Source: a virus
Taxonomy: Duplodnaviria > Heunggongvirae > Uroviricota > Caudoviricetes
Reading direction: 5' to 3' (one strand)
DNA: 38,611 nucleotides
IMG/VR virus record: IMGVR_UViG_3300023184_005353
In this document: positions 1 through 9,473 of the stretch, piece by piece
Layout of the letters: the number at the start of each line of letters is the position of its first letter
Position numbering within the stretch: the stretch's first letter is position 1
Notes under the pieces: generated by a model
What the model was told of the DNA's origin: nothing
Databases searched by the model: none
What the model saw: the letters and a program-made list of their open reading frames with translations, nothing else
Program-made: the position numbers and the translations under genes

Positions 1-1152
1 AACTTATATTTTTGGAATAATGTTGTAATTGATAATAATACAAGTAGAAGTAGTGGCCCTAAATTTGGGTGGGATATGTATGGTGATGGACAATCTTATA
101 ATCAATTTTGGTTTTATGGTAGACCTGACTTACCAAACACTTATGTTGCTAGAAGTACGACACAATCTTTCACAGCAGGTAATACTACATTAACAATGAA
201 TAGTGTGACAGGTGTTGTAGGGGGTGACGGAACTTTAAAAAACTGGATTGTATATCAATCGGAATTATCAACAATATTCCCACAAAATAATCCTCCTTAT
301 GTTGTATCAGTTAATACAACAAATAAAACAATAACATTAAGTTCCGCCCCTTTAATAAGTGGTGGTAGTGGACAAAGTTTTACCTTTTATCCACCACTAT
401 CTGAAAAAGGTGTGACTTGGAGTCAACCAATGAATCCTTCATTAACAGGAAATCCTACACACACATTACAATATTCTACAGATAATTTTCAATATGGTAT
501 GGGTTATGACACATTAATTGATATGAGGAATAACATATTTTATAATACAAATGGTTTGATTGAATTATATCCAAATATTCATGGTTGGACAAGTCAAAGA
601 TTTTTTCATAGTAATAATGTTTATTATGTTAAAGGTGGTATGACTAAATTCTATCCATCAACATTCTACCCGAGTTCAATTGGAACTGGAGTTACTTTAG
701 GTAATAACGAAAGAATATATTCTACAAAAATATTTAAGGACAGTACCGCAGCATTTCCTGAGAATTGGGATTTACATTTAAATGATACGAGTTGGGCAAT
801 AGGTAAAGGAAGTCCAATATCAGGATTCACAAAAGATTTTGCAGGAATTCCATTAACAGGCACCATAGATATAGGACTTTATAAATACACAGCAAGTAGT
901 CCTCAAATAACTTTATCATCTGTAACTAATGTAACTTGTAAAACGGCAACAAATGGTTCAATAGTTGTAACACATGTTGCTAATACAGGAACAGCACCTT
1001 TCCAATATAAAATTAATAACGGGGCTTGGGGAAGTGGAACAACTTTTTCAAATCTGGCTTCAGGAACTTATGTAATAACAATTAAAGATTCTAAGAGTTT
1101 AACGGGGACATTAAGTGTTAATTTAAAACCATCCTCAGTTGTTTGTCCATAA
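1..1152 (+). CDS. 5'-truncated adhesin/tail-fibre-like protein with C-terminal SprB-type repeat
   Basis: Frame is open from base 1 (NLYFWNNVVID...). It has a DLHL..SWAIGKG..DFAG..IDIGLYKY segment typical of beta-helix C-termini, followed by NVTC...NGSI...GTAPFQY.INNG......FSNLASGTYVITIKDS, which resembles the SprB repeat. Confidence 0.65.
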   Translation, partial: NLYFWNNVVIDNNTSRSSGPKFGWDMYGDGQSYNQFWFYGRPDLPNTYVARSTTQSFTAGNTTLTMNSVTGVVGGDGTLKNWIVYQSELSTIFPQNNPPYVVSVNTTNKTITLSSAPLISGGSGQSFTFYPPLSEKGVTWSQPMNPSLTGNPTHTLQYSTDNFQYGMGYDTLIDMRNNIFYNTNGLIELYPNIHGWTSQRFFHSNNVYYVKGGMTKFYPSTFYPSSIGTGVTLGNNERIYSTKIFKDSTAAFPENWDLHLNDTSWAIGKGSPISGFTKDFAGIPLTGTIDIGLYKYTASSPQITLSSVTNVTCKTATNGSIVVTHVANTGTAPFQYKINNGAWGSGTTFSNLASGTYVITIKDSKSLTGTLSVNLKPSSVVCP

Positions 1153-1174
1153 GTAAATAAAAATTATTTAATAT

Positions 1175-1203
1175 AAACCCTTCATTTAACTGAGGGGTTT
1201 TTT
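1175..1203 (+). terminator. Intrinsic terminator
   Basis: AAACCCTTCA-TTTAAC-TGAGGGGTTT hairpin plus T run after the stop codon. Confidence 0.75.
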
Positions 1204-1224
1204 ATTTTTATAAAAACAAATATT

Positions 1225-1404
1225 ATGGAAAGAGAAATTAAAGGTTATATCAAGTTTAAAGATAAAAAAGCAATTATGAAACCAATGGATGGTAAATCAG
1301 GATTGATTGAAACTTGGGAAGCAAGTGATTCTTTCAATAGCAAACAATATTTTGTTTATTTGGGAACAAGATATCAATTTGTTTCTGCCGTTGAACCTAA
1401 ATAA
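1225..1404 (+). CDS. Small hypothetical protein (59 aa, not in ORF track)
   Basis: ATG at 1225, MEREIKGYIKFKDKKAIMKP...AVEPK*; fills the intergenic gap. Confidence 0.65.
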   Translation: MEREIKGYIKFKDKKAIMKPMDGKSGLIETWEASDSFNSKQYFVYLGTRYQFVSAVEPK

Positions 1405-1438
1405 TGTAAATTTACTGATATTTATAAATAAAAATATT

Positions 1439-2002
1439 ATGAGCAAAAGTTATAGTAAAATTAGGCATATGAGAGAATCTAACATTATTTTAGAAAATAG
1501 AATAATAAATGAAAGCGCTACTAAAAATTTATATATAAAAGAGGAGGGTGAAGGAGTTGAGCCGTGGATGCAAGGAAGTAATCCATCAGGTAGTCCAAAA
1601 AAACCTTTGGACTTAAGTGCCTTAAAAGATTCTTCACAAGATAATCAACCGGCAAGTATTGAACTTAAAAGATTTACATTTCCATTTCCTGATGTTTTTC
1701 ATAGACCAGGAGGGATTGATGGGATTTATGATAAAACTAATAAGAAGGTTTCAGTAGAATGGGGTACAGAAAAATACGACTTAATTGACAAAACCAAACT
1801 AGAAGAAAATCCCCATAATTTAACAGATTTTACTTGGGTAAAAGATTTGAATGAAAAATTTAATACCTTCAATCACAATTATTTAACTCCATCTTATGAT
1901 GTGAATAATAATAATTTAGTATGGGTTGAAATTTCTATTGATAGAAAAAGTAATGCAAAAGTTGTTAATACTTACCCAACACGTAAAACATTACCTCAAT
2001 AG
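1439..2002 (+). CDS. Hypothetical phage protein with SYSKIRH..ESN..LE leader
   Basis: ATG at 1439 follows TATTTAT (1419-1425), so it is preferred over the upstream TTG. Leader ends IINE. Confidence 0.75.
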   Translation: MSKSYSKIRHMRESNIILENRIINESATKNLYIKEEGEGVEPWMQGSNPSGSPKKPLDLSALKDSSQDNQPASIELKRFTFPFPDVFHRPGGIDGIYDKTNKKVSVEWGTEKYDLIDKTKLEENPHNLTDFTWVKDLNEKFNTFNHNYLTPSYDVNNNNLVWVEISIDRKSNAKVVNTYPTRKTLPQ

Positions 2003-2004
2003 TT

Positions 2005-2412
2005 TTATTCAATAGAATAAAGTTCTATTAAAAATTTATTATTATTATCTGTATCTAAACTTCTATAACAACATAAAAATTTAGTTTTTAATGTTTTTTT
2101 ACGTTTTATTGTATAATTTTTTTCAGTAAAATTATAATAATAATTATTTAAACTATCATAGTATATTTTTCTACTAACCACTTTAAACTTAACATTATTT
2201 TTTTTAAAGTAAGATGTCGTATCTATTACCATATATAATGGTAATATTTGGTAATCATCTAAATTTATATTTATTTTTTTAATGAAATAATTTAAAATTG
2301 TGTCATTAATTATTTCTTCTTTAGTTTCTTGTGATAAAAGTCTAATATCTTTTTCTTGTGAATAAGAATAAGTTGATATTAAAACAAACAAAATAATTAT
2401 TAATTTTTTCAT
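2005..2412 (-). CDS. Hypothetical secreted protein
   Basis: Signal-peptide-like N-terminus MKKLIIILFVLISTYSYSQ. Confidence 0.65.
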   Translation of the reverse strand: MKKLIIILFVLISTYSYSQEKDIRLLSQETKEEIINDTILNYFIKKININLDDYQILPLYMVIDTTSYFKKNNVKFKVVSRKIYYDSLNNYYYNFTEKNYTIKRKKTLKTKFLCCYRSLDTDNNNKFLIELYSIE

Positions 2413-2508
2413 ATAAAAGGTTTATTACTAATAATAATATAAAAATATTGAAAAATCAAAAAAAAACTTTTATTTGCTTTTAATTTCTTATGGTATTTAT
2501 TATAGTAT

Positions 2509-2766
2509 ATGAATAAAAGAGATGTGATAACTATGATTAGTAAACTTTTAAATAAGTTTGTAAAACCAAAATTTCCTGAAATCTTTGAAATTAAAGTTAA
2601 ATATATAGATATTCTTGAATTTTTTCAAATTGATGTGTTGGTTGACGGGACAGACCAAGAACAAGAAAATGAGATTACGGATATTATTGAAAACATATTA
2701 AAGTATACTGGAGAAAATATAAGATTCCAAATATCATTTCATATTGAATATTGGGGTAATAACTAA
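2509..2766 (+). CDS. Hypothetical protein
   Basis: ORF preceded by TATTTAT at 2494-2500. Confidence 0.65.
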   Translation: MNKRDVITMISKLLNKFVKPKFPEIFEIKVKYIDILEFFQIDVLVDGTDQEQENEITDIIENILKYTGENIRFQISFHIEYWGNN

Positions 2767-3080
2767 TCAGTATCATTATAAATTGCAACTCTAACATTTT
2801 TTGTAAAACCAAAATACCCTAAATAACTTTTTAAGTCTTTCGCAATTTTTAGTTGTTCGTCTCTTAGAATTCTCTTCGGTGTAATTAGGGTAACATTAAC
2901 CCAATAAGATGCTCCAGGGTGCATTTCAACCCGCGCTAAAGTAATTGTTTGATTTTCAGGTTCTAACCTAAATTCACCATAATCAACGTAATGTCTTTCT
3001 AATATTTTTTTTGCTTCATCTGAATTTAAAAACCTCTCAAACATAGTCATAGATTGTGCAATTTCCTTCTCTGTCATCAT
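2763..3080 (-). CDS. Hypothetical protein
   Basis: ORF with minus-strand TATTTAT at 3085-3091; convergent 4-nt overlap with the previous gene. Confidence 0.7.
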   Translation of the reverse strand: MMTEKEIAQSMTMFERFLNSDEAKKILERHYVDYGEFRLEPENQTITLARVEMHPGASYWVNVTLITPKRILRDEQLKIAKDLKSYLGYFGFTKNVRVAIYNDTD

Positions 3081-3109
3081 AATTATAAATATTCGGTATA
3101 TTTATAATT

Positions 3110-3871
3110 ATGGGAAAAAAATCTATAATAATAACTGAGCAACAAATGGGCGGGTTATTGAAAAAAATTATTAGTTTAATAACAGGAGATTCAAATTCAA
3201 ATTTTGATTTAAAAAGTATGATGTCTTCATTGTTTGGAAAAGATAAAACTTCATATGCAAAATCAAGTGATATTGATACCAATTTTAATAGTATTGTTAA
3301 TAAAATTATAGATAATTTTGAGGGTGGGTATTATGACCCGGTAACAATGAAAGCATCCGCAATGGGCGAATCTGGTGAAACTATGTATGGTATGGATGCC
3401 AAGGCTTCTGATATGTTAAAAACAAGTGCGGGTAAACAATTTTGGGATTTGATTCATGCCGACAAATCAAAGAATCCACGTTGTTGGACATTAGAGTATG
3501 ACCCAGCTAAAAGTAGTAAATGTCCAAACCCTACATTGGCAAACCAATTGAAGGGTTTAATTGCTCAAATAATGAAACCTGAATATGATAATTTATCTAA
3601 AAGGTATTTAAGTCCTGAGGCATTAACTATTGTTAATAATGACCCGGGATTATTATTCCATTTTACATATGCAACATGGAATGGGTCAGGATTTTTTCAA
3701 AAATTTGCTAAAATTATTAATAACCAAGTTAGTTCAGGTGTTAAAGACCCTAAAGAATTATTAAAAATTGCAATAGATAGTAGGAAAAATTTTACAGCAT
3801 ATAATTCATTCGCCAATAATTTAACACAAAGAGGTGGAAGACAGATGGAAAAAGTTTTAGGTGTTGCATAA
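3110..3871 (+). CDS. GH108-like lysozyme-fold muramidase with IITEQQ leader
   Basis: Contains IIDNFEGGYYDP...SGETMYGMD, resembling the GH108 EGGY..D.GGET.YG motif. Confidence 0.55.
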   Translation: MGKKSIIITEQQMGGLLKKIISLITGDSNSNFDLKSMMSSLFGKDKTSYAKSSDIDTNFNSIVNKIIDNFEGGYYDPVTMKASAMGESGETMYGMDAKASDMLKTSAGKQFWDLIHADKSKNPRCWTLEYDPAKSSKCPNPTLANQLKGLIAQIMKPEYDNLSKRYLSPEALTIVNNDPGLLFHFTYATWNGSGFFQKFAKIINNQVSSGVKDPKELLKIAIDSRKNFTAYNSFANNLTQRGGRQMEKVLGVA

Positions 3872-3898
3872 AAAAAACCCCACATTTAGTGGGGATTT
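3872..3898. terminator. Bidirectional intrinsic terminator
   Basis: CCCCAC-ATTTA-GTGGGG between convergent genes, with an A run on the left. Confidence 0.75.
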
Positions 3899-3902
3899 AA
3901 TT

Positions 3903-4346
3903 TTACATTTTATTATATTTTGATTTTAAAAACTTATCTAATGGTAAGTCATCTGCTTTAATTGGGTTATATTCTTTTTCACTATCTTTATCCCATCTAC
4001 TTCCGGCACCAATTCCTAAACCACTAGGTCTATTTTTTCTCATTCTATCTTTGGATTTCATTTCTCTATCAAAGTCTTCAAAGTCATCATCATCATCTTC
4101 AACATCAAAACCATAATCTTCTATATCATCATCTTTTTCTCCGGTAACTGAATTTCTTTTCATTCCACTTCCGTCACAATCCTCACAACCCTGTCCTTTA
4201 CATTTTGGACATGTTGGTGATTCAAATCCAAAATCATTATCTTCAACATCAAAACCATAATCTTCAATATCATCATCTTGTTCTTTAATTACCTTTCTAA
4301 CTAATCTAATTAATTCAGACTCAGTTAATCTTATTGTTCTTTTCAT
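3903..4346 (-). CDS. Acidic protein with RLTESEL leader and DnaJ-type Zn finger
   Basis: MKRTIRLTESELIRLVRKVIKEQ leader; CPKCKGQG-CEDCDGSG motifs. Confidence 0.75.
   Translation of the reverse strand: MKRTIRLTESELIRLVRKVIKEQDDDIEDYGFDVEDNDFGFESPTCPKCKGQGCEDCDGSGMKRNSVTGEKDDDIEDYGFDVEDDDDDFEDFDREMKSKDRMRKNRPSGLGIGAGSRWDKDSEKEYNPIKADDLPLDKFLKSKYNKM
4095..4278. repeat. 40-nt direct repeat (4095-4134 and 4239-4278) flanking the Zn finger
   Basis: ATCTTCAACATCAAAACCATAATCTTC(T/A)ATATCATCATCT occurs twice and encodes DDDIEDYGFDVED. Confidence 0.9.
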
Positions 4347-4422
4347 AATTTTATATTTTATTAATAAATATGCATTACTTTGTCTTTCTTAATATTTATT
4401 AATTAATGGAATCATTTTTAAT

Positions 4423-5208
4423 ATGAAAATAATAATAACAGAAGAACAATATAAGAGGATTAATGAAATTACAATATTTCAAGGTGTTTCCAGCGTTAGA
4501 CCAACCCATTTAGATGTATTACATATTATTAGAGAAAAAATAAGTGAGAGCACATACAACAAAGCGATTAAAGAATATCTTAAAAATGTCTTAGGTTATC
4601 CGGAAAAATTCACTAATAAATTTATTTCACATTATGCGGAAGAAGTTCCCTATATTAGAGATGATTCAGATAGGTATACAGAAATGCCCAAACAACTTAA
4701 AAATCCTGAAGTTCTTTCTAATTTAGTATATTTTTTAAGTAAAAAATTCTTAAAAATACGCATGTTAGGTAATTTGGAGTGTTATATAGATGATAGCGGT
4801 TATGACAAAGCTTTTTATTTTTTTGACCCTGAACTTGAAACTTGTGTAGGATATATTTCTTGCAAGCCAATTTTTGATTATTATAATGGTATTGACTTGC
4901 CAGATAATAGTTATGCGGTTAATAGTTCACAAGTTGATGCAGAATTAAAAGGTAGAGGTTATGGGAAAGAAATGTATTTATCTGTTCTGGATTATGTTAG
5001 TGTTCTTTTATCTGACACCGCATTATATGGTGATTCCTTAAACATATGGGTAAATGTTTTACCTAAGTATGTTTACGTCGGTGCATTATATAAAAAATCT
5101 GGTAAATCCCCTAAAATAATGTCACCAGAAACTAAAATATTAAATCATCAAAATGTTGAAAGATACTTCGCAACCAAAAAACCAAAACTTATAACTCAGA
5201 CAAAATGA
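4423..5208 (+). CDS. GNAT-fold acetyltransferase-like protein with IITEEQ leader
   Basis: VDAELKGRGYGKEMY resembles the acetyl-CoA-binding motif A. Confidence 0.55.
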   Translation: MKIIITEEQYKRINEITIFQGVSSVRPTHLDVLHIIREKISESTYNKAIKEYLKNVLGYPEKFTNKFISHYAEEVPYIRDDSDRYTEMPKQLKNPEVLSNLVYFLSKKFLKIRMLGNLECYIDDSGYDKAFYFFDPELETCVGYISCKPIFDYYNGIDLPDNSYAVNSSQVDAELKGRGYGKEMYLSVLDYVSVLLSDTALYGDSLNIWVNVLPKYVYVGALYKKSGKSPKIMSPETKILNHQNVERYFATKKPKLITQTK

Positions 5209-5573
5209 TATATATAATCACTGAATCAAGGTTGGAAAATATTATGATGGAATATTTTGATAATATGTTTCCTAGAGATAAAATATGGTGGCAACATCCT
5301 GTTGATAGTGATTATGATAAAGATGAAGAATTTGAAGATGCTGCCAGAACTGAATATTATTTTAAGATTCGTGATGATGATAATCCCATTTTTAGATATT
5401 ATAGAAGAGATTATTTTTCTACTTATGCTTATCAACACGAAAACGCTCCATTATTAGAAATAGATGATGATTATTCTTATAACTTAAATCAAATGTTTGG
5501 AGATAAATGGGAAGAACCATTTAAAAAATGGTTTGAAGAAAAATTTGGAAATCCTGTAAATACTATTACGTAA
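5205..5573 (+). CDS. Hypothetical phage protein with IITES leader
   Basis: 4-nt overlap with the previous gene; C-terminal MFGDKWEEPFKKWFEEKFG. Confidence 0.75.
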   Translation: MIYIITESRLENIMMEYFDNMFPRDKIWWQHPVDSDYDKDEEFEDAARTEYYFKIRDDDNPIFRYYRRDYFSTYAYQHENAPLLEIDDDYSYNLNQMFGDKWEEPFKKWFEEKFGNPVNTIT

Positions 5574-5712
5574 AAAAATAATATATTTTATATAGGCAAT
5601 AAAAAACAAATAACAAATATATACTGGCGAGTATATAAAATATTGATTTAATCCTGTCTTTATTATTATCTAAAAAAAATAAAATCTTACATATCATAAC
5701 TATTTATTAAAA

Positions 5713-5985
5713 ATGTCAAGAAAAATTATAATAAAAGAATCTGAATTAGTCAAATTAATTGAGGTTGCAATGGATTTAGATATCTATTCACAAGAACATA
5801 ACGTGTCCACTGGTGATGGGAATGAAGATGCTGAGGACTCTATCAACCAAATAATAGATAGGTTAAAGGAACTCCTTAATATGCTCCAGTCGGGAAAAAA
5901 GGTTGATACAACATTAAAAGGTAGAATATATAAGAATTTAGATGATTTAAATAAAACTTTTTCAAGTATAAAGTATCAATCATAG
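5713..5985 (+). CDS. Hypothetical protein with IIKESEL leader
   Basis: TATTTAT at 5701-5707. Confidence 0.75.
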   Translation: MSRKIIIKESELVKLIEVAMDLDIYSQEHNVSTGDGNEDAEDSINQIIDRLKELLNMLQSGKKVDTTLKGRIYKNLDDLNKTFSSIKYQS

Positions 5986-6025
5986 GTTTACAAATATATT
6001 AAATAAATTAAGTTTAAAAGAAAAA

Positions 6026-6220
6026 ATGCAAAATTTATCAACAGAACAAAAAGCTACAGAATACAATAAATTACTTCATCAGTATCAAAGATTACAAGAA
6101 GAAGTAAGATTAATTAAAGCTCAAAATATTGATGTTTCTGACAGAGACCAGATGAGAATTAATGAGATTGAGAATAGAATGAAATTTGTTTATAATCAAA
6201 CCGAAAGATTATATCGTTAA
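6026..6220 (+). CDS. Small coiled-coil hypothetical protein
   Basis: 64-aa helical ORF convergent with the nuclease gene. Confidence 0.65.
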   Translation: MQNLSTEQKATEYNKLLHQYQRLQEEVRLIKAQNIDVSDRDQMRINEIENRMKFVYNQTERLYR

Positions 6221-6858
6221 TTGAATTTAAATCCAGTTTCTTTTTCAATAATTTCTTTAGTTACTAAATGTGAGTGTATTCCTGTTGCTGGTGATTTATT
6301 ATTTTGAAATAGATAACCAAACCATTCTCCCGTTTTTTTAATATAAATTAATTTCCAACATTCTTTTGGAACAGATACACTTCCAATTTTTTTAATTTCA
6401 CCAATATTACCCGCCCAAACATGAATGGAATCATACTTGGCTGACATTTCTCTTGTCCAAATTTCTATTGTTTTAAAATCTCCAGCATTTAAAGAATGAT
6501 ATTGAGGAGCCATATTAGAAAAATAAAAGCATTCTGTTTGAACTTTATCACCCAAACATAAATTATCCGCGGCAGGACACATATGTCCTCTATCAAAACC
6601 ACTTTTAATATAATCTTTTAAAACATTAGTTTCTTTTGGTATTAACGGGTCTGGTGCAAATTGATTTTTTCTTTTTAGTGGGTTCGGACAATTAACATTT
6701 GAGTTGGTTACCCACCATTCAACCATTACAGGATATCTCTTTGATTTTGAGAAAATTGATGTATAATTCTTATGTATTAGTCTAATTGTATCTTGAGAAT
6801 ATGATAAAAACACAATAAAATAAAAAAATGAAACTAAATAAATTTTTTTCATAATCAT
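6217..6858 (-). CDS. Secreted DNA/RNA non-specific endonuclease (NucA/EndA family)
   Basis: FDRGHMCPAAD and YFSNMAPQYHSLNAG motifs; N-terminal signal peptide. Confidence 0.9.
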   Translation of the reverse strand: MIMKKIYLVSFFYFIVFLSYSQDTIRLIHKNYTSIFSKSKRYPVMVEWWVTNSNVNCPNPLKRKNQFAPDPLIPKETNVLKDYIKSGFDRGHMCPAADNLCLGDKVQTECFYFSNMAPQYHSLNAGDFKTIEIWTREMSAKYDSIHVWAGNIGEIKKIGSVSVPKECWKLIYIKKTGEWFGYLFQNNKSPATGIHSHLVTKEIIEKETGFKFN

Positions 6859-6868
6859 AAATATTTAT
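6857..6868. promoter_or_regulatory. Palindromic bidirectional TATTTAT element (putative phage promoter)
   Basis: ATAAATATTTAT is the core of the 15-nt spacer between divergent genes. Confidence 0.55.
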
Positions 6869-6873
6869 AAAGT

Positions 6874-7371
6874 ATGAATAAAAGATTTGTAATAACCGAA
6901 AACGAAAGAAATGAGATAAGAAATCAATATTTCTTTGAACAAAAGAGTTCATCAGATGAAAGAAAATTTTGTCATAAGGGTAATACCAAGACTTTGGAAG
7001 AAGTAATGGGTGATTCTGACCCTGAAGATTATATTGAAGGAGTTAAGTTAAGAAAATCTGGGGTTGGCGGACTTGCCGACCACATTGAACTTTTAAAAAC
7101 AATGAGAATGCACCCATCAATAAATGATGGTGGGCAACATTTGGCGTTTAATGTTATGAATAATTTGAAAGCATATAAGCCATATAACTATTTTGAAGAA
7201 AATAGTAAAGAATGTAATAGAGCAATGGATAAAATTATTGAACTTTACAAAGAGAACGACCATGGAGAAGAATTAGTTAAAGATATTGAAAAAGTATACG
7301 GGCTTGACCATATCTCTCCAAGAGCGAAAGAATATATAAAGCATAGCTTATCAATGATTAAAGGAGATTAA
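6874..7371 (+). CDS. Hypothetical protein with VITENERNEI leader
   Basis: Leader ends FFEQ; TATTTAT upstream. Confidence 0.75.
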   Translation: MNKRFVITENERNEIRNQYFFEQKSSSDERKFCHKGNTKTLEEVMGDSDPEDYIEGVKLRKSGVGGLADHIELLKTMRMHPSINDGGQHLAFNVMNNLKAYKPYNYFEENSKECNRAMDKIIELYKENDHGEELVKDIEKVYGLDHISPRAKEYIKHSLSMIKGD

Positions 7372-7374
7372 AAA

Positions 7375-8709
7375 ATGAAAAAAATTATAAGATTAACAGA
7401 AAATGATTTAACTAAAATAATTAAAAAAGTTTTATATGAGGACATTTCATCATTACCTGAATTTGAAGAATATACACAAAATCAAGAAGGTGTTAGTAAT
7501 GTTGAATGTATACAATTAGCATTAAAAAAAGCAAATCTTGGAAATATGTTGGGTGACACAGGACCAAATAAGGATGGAGTAGATGGTAAATATGGAAATA
7601 GAACAAGAAGTGCGGTTATAGAATTTCAAAAAAGAAATGGTATTAAACAAACAGGATTTGTAGGACAATTAACGGCCCCAAAATTGGGTTGCCAACCAAT
7701 GAGTAAGTCAAAATCCAAAGTAAATCCTAATATAGAACCAAAACCACAACCAAAACCGACAGAAAAAACTAATGTTTGTCCTCCAGTAGAATCCTCAAGT
7801 AATTTTAGAGAATTACCAGAAATGATTAGTGTTTGGAGTCAAAAATTTCCAAAACTTAAAAAAGAAGAAGTTATTGGTTTAATTAACCGAATGATTGATA
7901 GAGACGCTAATGCATTAATGTCCGGAAGTAAAAAACCAATATCAATTAAAACTGCCTGTCAGGCGGCATCTATCGGTAGAAGACCCAAATATAACAATAA
8001 ATATATTTTTATTATAGATTCTCCAAATAAATGGATAACATTATTTGATAAGCCATCAGGTAATATGTCAAGAAAAATAATTGCTCAAGATTGGATAATA
8101 GATGGTATGTCTAAACAAAAAAATGATGCTAAATCAATTGCAACTGCATTTACAACTTTAAATTATTATTATGATATAGCACAGAAAAAACACCCGAAAT
8201 GGTCATCAAAACAACTTGAAGATGAAATGTATAGATTAGAAAGAGAAGCAGGTGGTGATTTTTTACCAGCAGGAATATATCAGGGAAAAAAAATTAGTAG
8301 TGAAAAAAGTTATGCGGGTGGAAGTCAAAATGTTTTAGGTCTATCCAATTGGAATAATACCCCTGTCTCACACGCAGTACATGGTTTTTATGGAGGAGAT
8401 AACCGACTTAAATTTGCAAATAAAGCAATGAGAATTCTTCAAAATCCTGATGATATTAAACAACAACAAGAATTTTTAAGAGAATTAAAATCTGGAGGAC
8501 TTAAAATGGATTGGTCTTACGGATGTATAAATACTGACCCTAAGTTTCTTCCATATTTAAGAAAATATGGACCAGAGTCATTTATTTTTAATATTGATGA
8601 AACTACAGAAAATTATTTAGTTCAAAATAGTGAAAATTTCTTTAATAAAATGATGGAGTCAGAAAGTTGTCCTTCACCATCTTCATTAGGAGCTGAAACA
8701 ATTGCCTAA
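7375..8709 (+). CDS. Peptidoglycan-binding domain plus L,D-transpeptidase-like (YkuD) protein with RLTENDL leader
   Basis: IQLAL...DGKYGNRTRSAVIEFQKRNGI..TGFVG matches a PG_binding_1 pattern; PAGIY, AVHG and SYGCIN match the YkuD catalytic His/Cys pattern. Confidence 0.7.
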   Translation: MKKIIRLTENDLTKIIKKVLYEDISSLPEFEEYTQNQEGVSNVECIQLALKKANLGNMLGDTGPNKDGVDGKYGNRTRSAVIEFQKRNGIKQTGFVGQLTAPKLGCQPMSKSKSKVNPNIEPKPQPKPTEKTNVCPPVESSSNFRELPEMISVWSQKFPKLKKEEVIGLINRMIDRDANALMSGSKKPISIKTACQAASIGRRPKYNNKYIFIIDSPNKWITLFDKPSGNMSRKIIAQDWIIDGMSKQKNDAKSIATAFTTLNYYYDIAQKKHPKWSSKQLEDEMYRLEREAGGDFLPAGIYQGKKISSEKSYAGGSQNVLGLSNWNNTPVSHAVHGFYGGDNRLKFANKAMRILQNPDDIKQQQEFLRELKSGGLKMDWSYGCINTDPKFLPYLRKYGPESFIFNIDETTENYLVQNSENFFNKMMESESCPSPSSLGAETIA

Positions 8710-8741
8710 ATGAAAAACATTATTTAATTAACAAATAATGT

Positions 8742-8773
8742 TTTGGCAATTCAAAATAAAATATTTAAATTTG
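8742..8773 (+). promoter_or_regulatory. Bacteroidota sigma-A promoter
   Basis: TTTG (8742-8745), 20 nt, TAAATTTG (8766-8773); ATG 4 nt later. Confidence 0.75.
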
Positions 8774-8777
8774 TGGT

Positions 8778-9386
8778 ATGAAAAAGATAATCATACCACT
8801 TTTTATTTTATTTAGTTCTTGCTATTGTAAAGAACCAATTAAATCCCCAAAAGAATTAAGTAAACCTGTAATTTATGTTAAGGTAATTTATATCCAACCT
8901 TTGGGTGATGTTAACATAGAATATCTCAAAATTGTTAAAAATTCTGTTGAATCATTTTATGGGTTCAAATGCGTTATAAAAGATAAAGTTCCGTTGACAA
9001 CGGATTTACTTGCGGCTAGTAGAATAAGATATGATGCAGGTAAAATCTTATCAAAATTTAACACAAATGAAAATCTTTTAATTTTAACTGAAAAAGATAT
9101 TGCTTGTAGAAAAAATCAATATCCTGAATGGGGTATATTAGGGTTGGGATACAGACCTGGAACAACCTGTGTTGTCTCAACATTTAGAATGAAACGAAAT
9201 GTCTCCAAATTAATTATTATTGATAGATTAAAAAAAGTTGCAATACACGAAATTGGACATAATTTAGGTTTAGACCATTGTGAAAATGATATTCATTGTT
9301 TAATGAATGATGCAAGAGGAACAATAAAACAAGTTGATACAGAAAAAATATGGTTATGTTCTAAATGTTGGAACCTAATAAAATAA
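8778..9386 (+). CDS. Archaemetzincin-like (M54) zinc metalloprotease, probable lipoprotein
   Basis: HEIGHNLGLDHC...CLMND motif; lipobox-like LFSSC. Confidence 0.85.
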   Translation: MKKIIIPLFILFSSCYCKEPIKSPKELSKPVIYVKVIYIQPLGDVNIEYLKIVKNSVESFYGFKCVIKDKVPLTTDLLAASRIRYDAGKILSKFNTNENLLILTEKDIACRKNQYPEWGILGLGYRPGTTCVVSTFRMKRNVSKLIIIDRLKKVAIHEIGHNLGLDHCENDIHCLMNDARGTIKQVDTEKIWLCSKCWNLIK

Positions 9387-9473
9387 CATAAAACATAGTC
9401 TATCAATGATTAAAGAAAGGTAAATTATTGATTTTTATCATTCAACAGATATTTATCATTTAAATCACTACCT

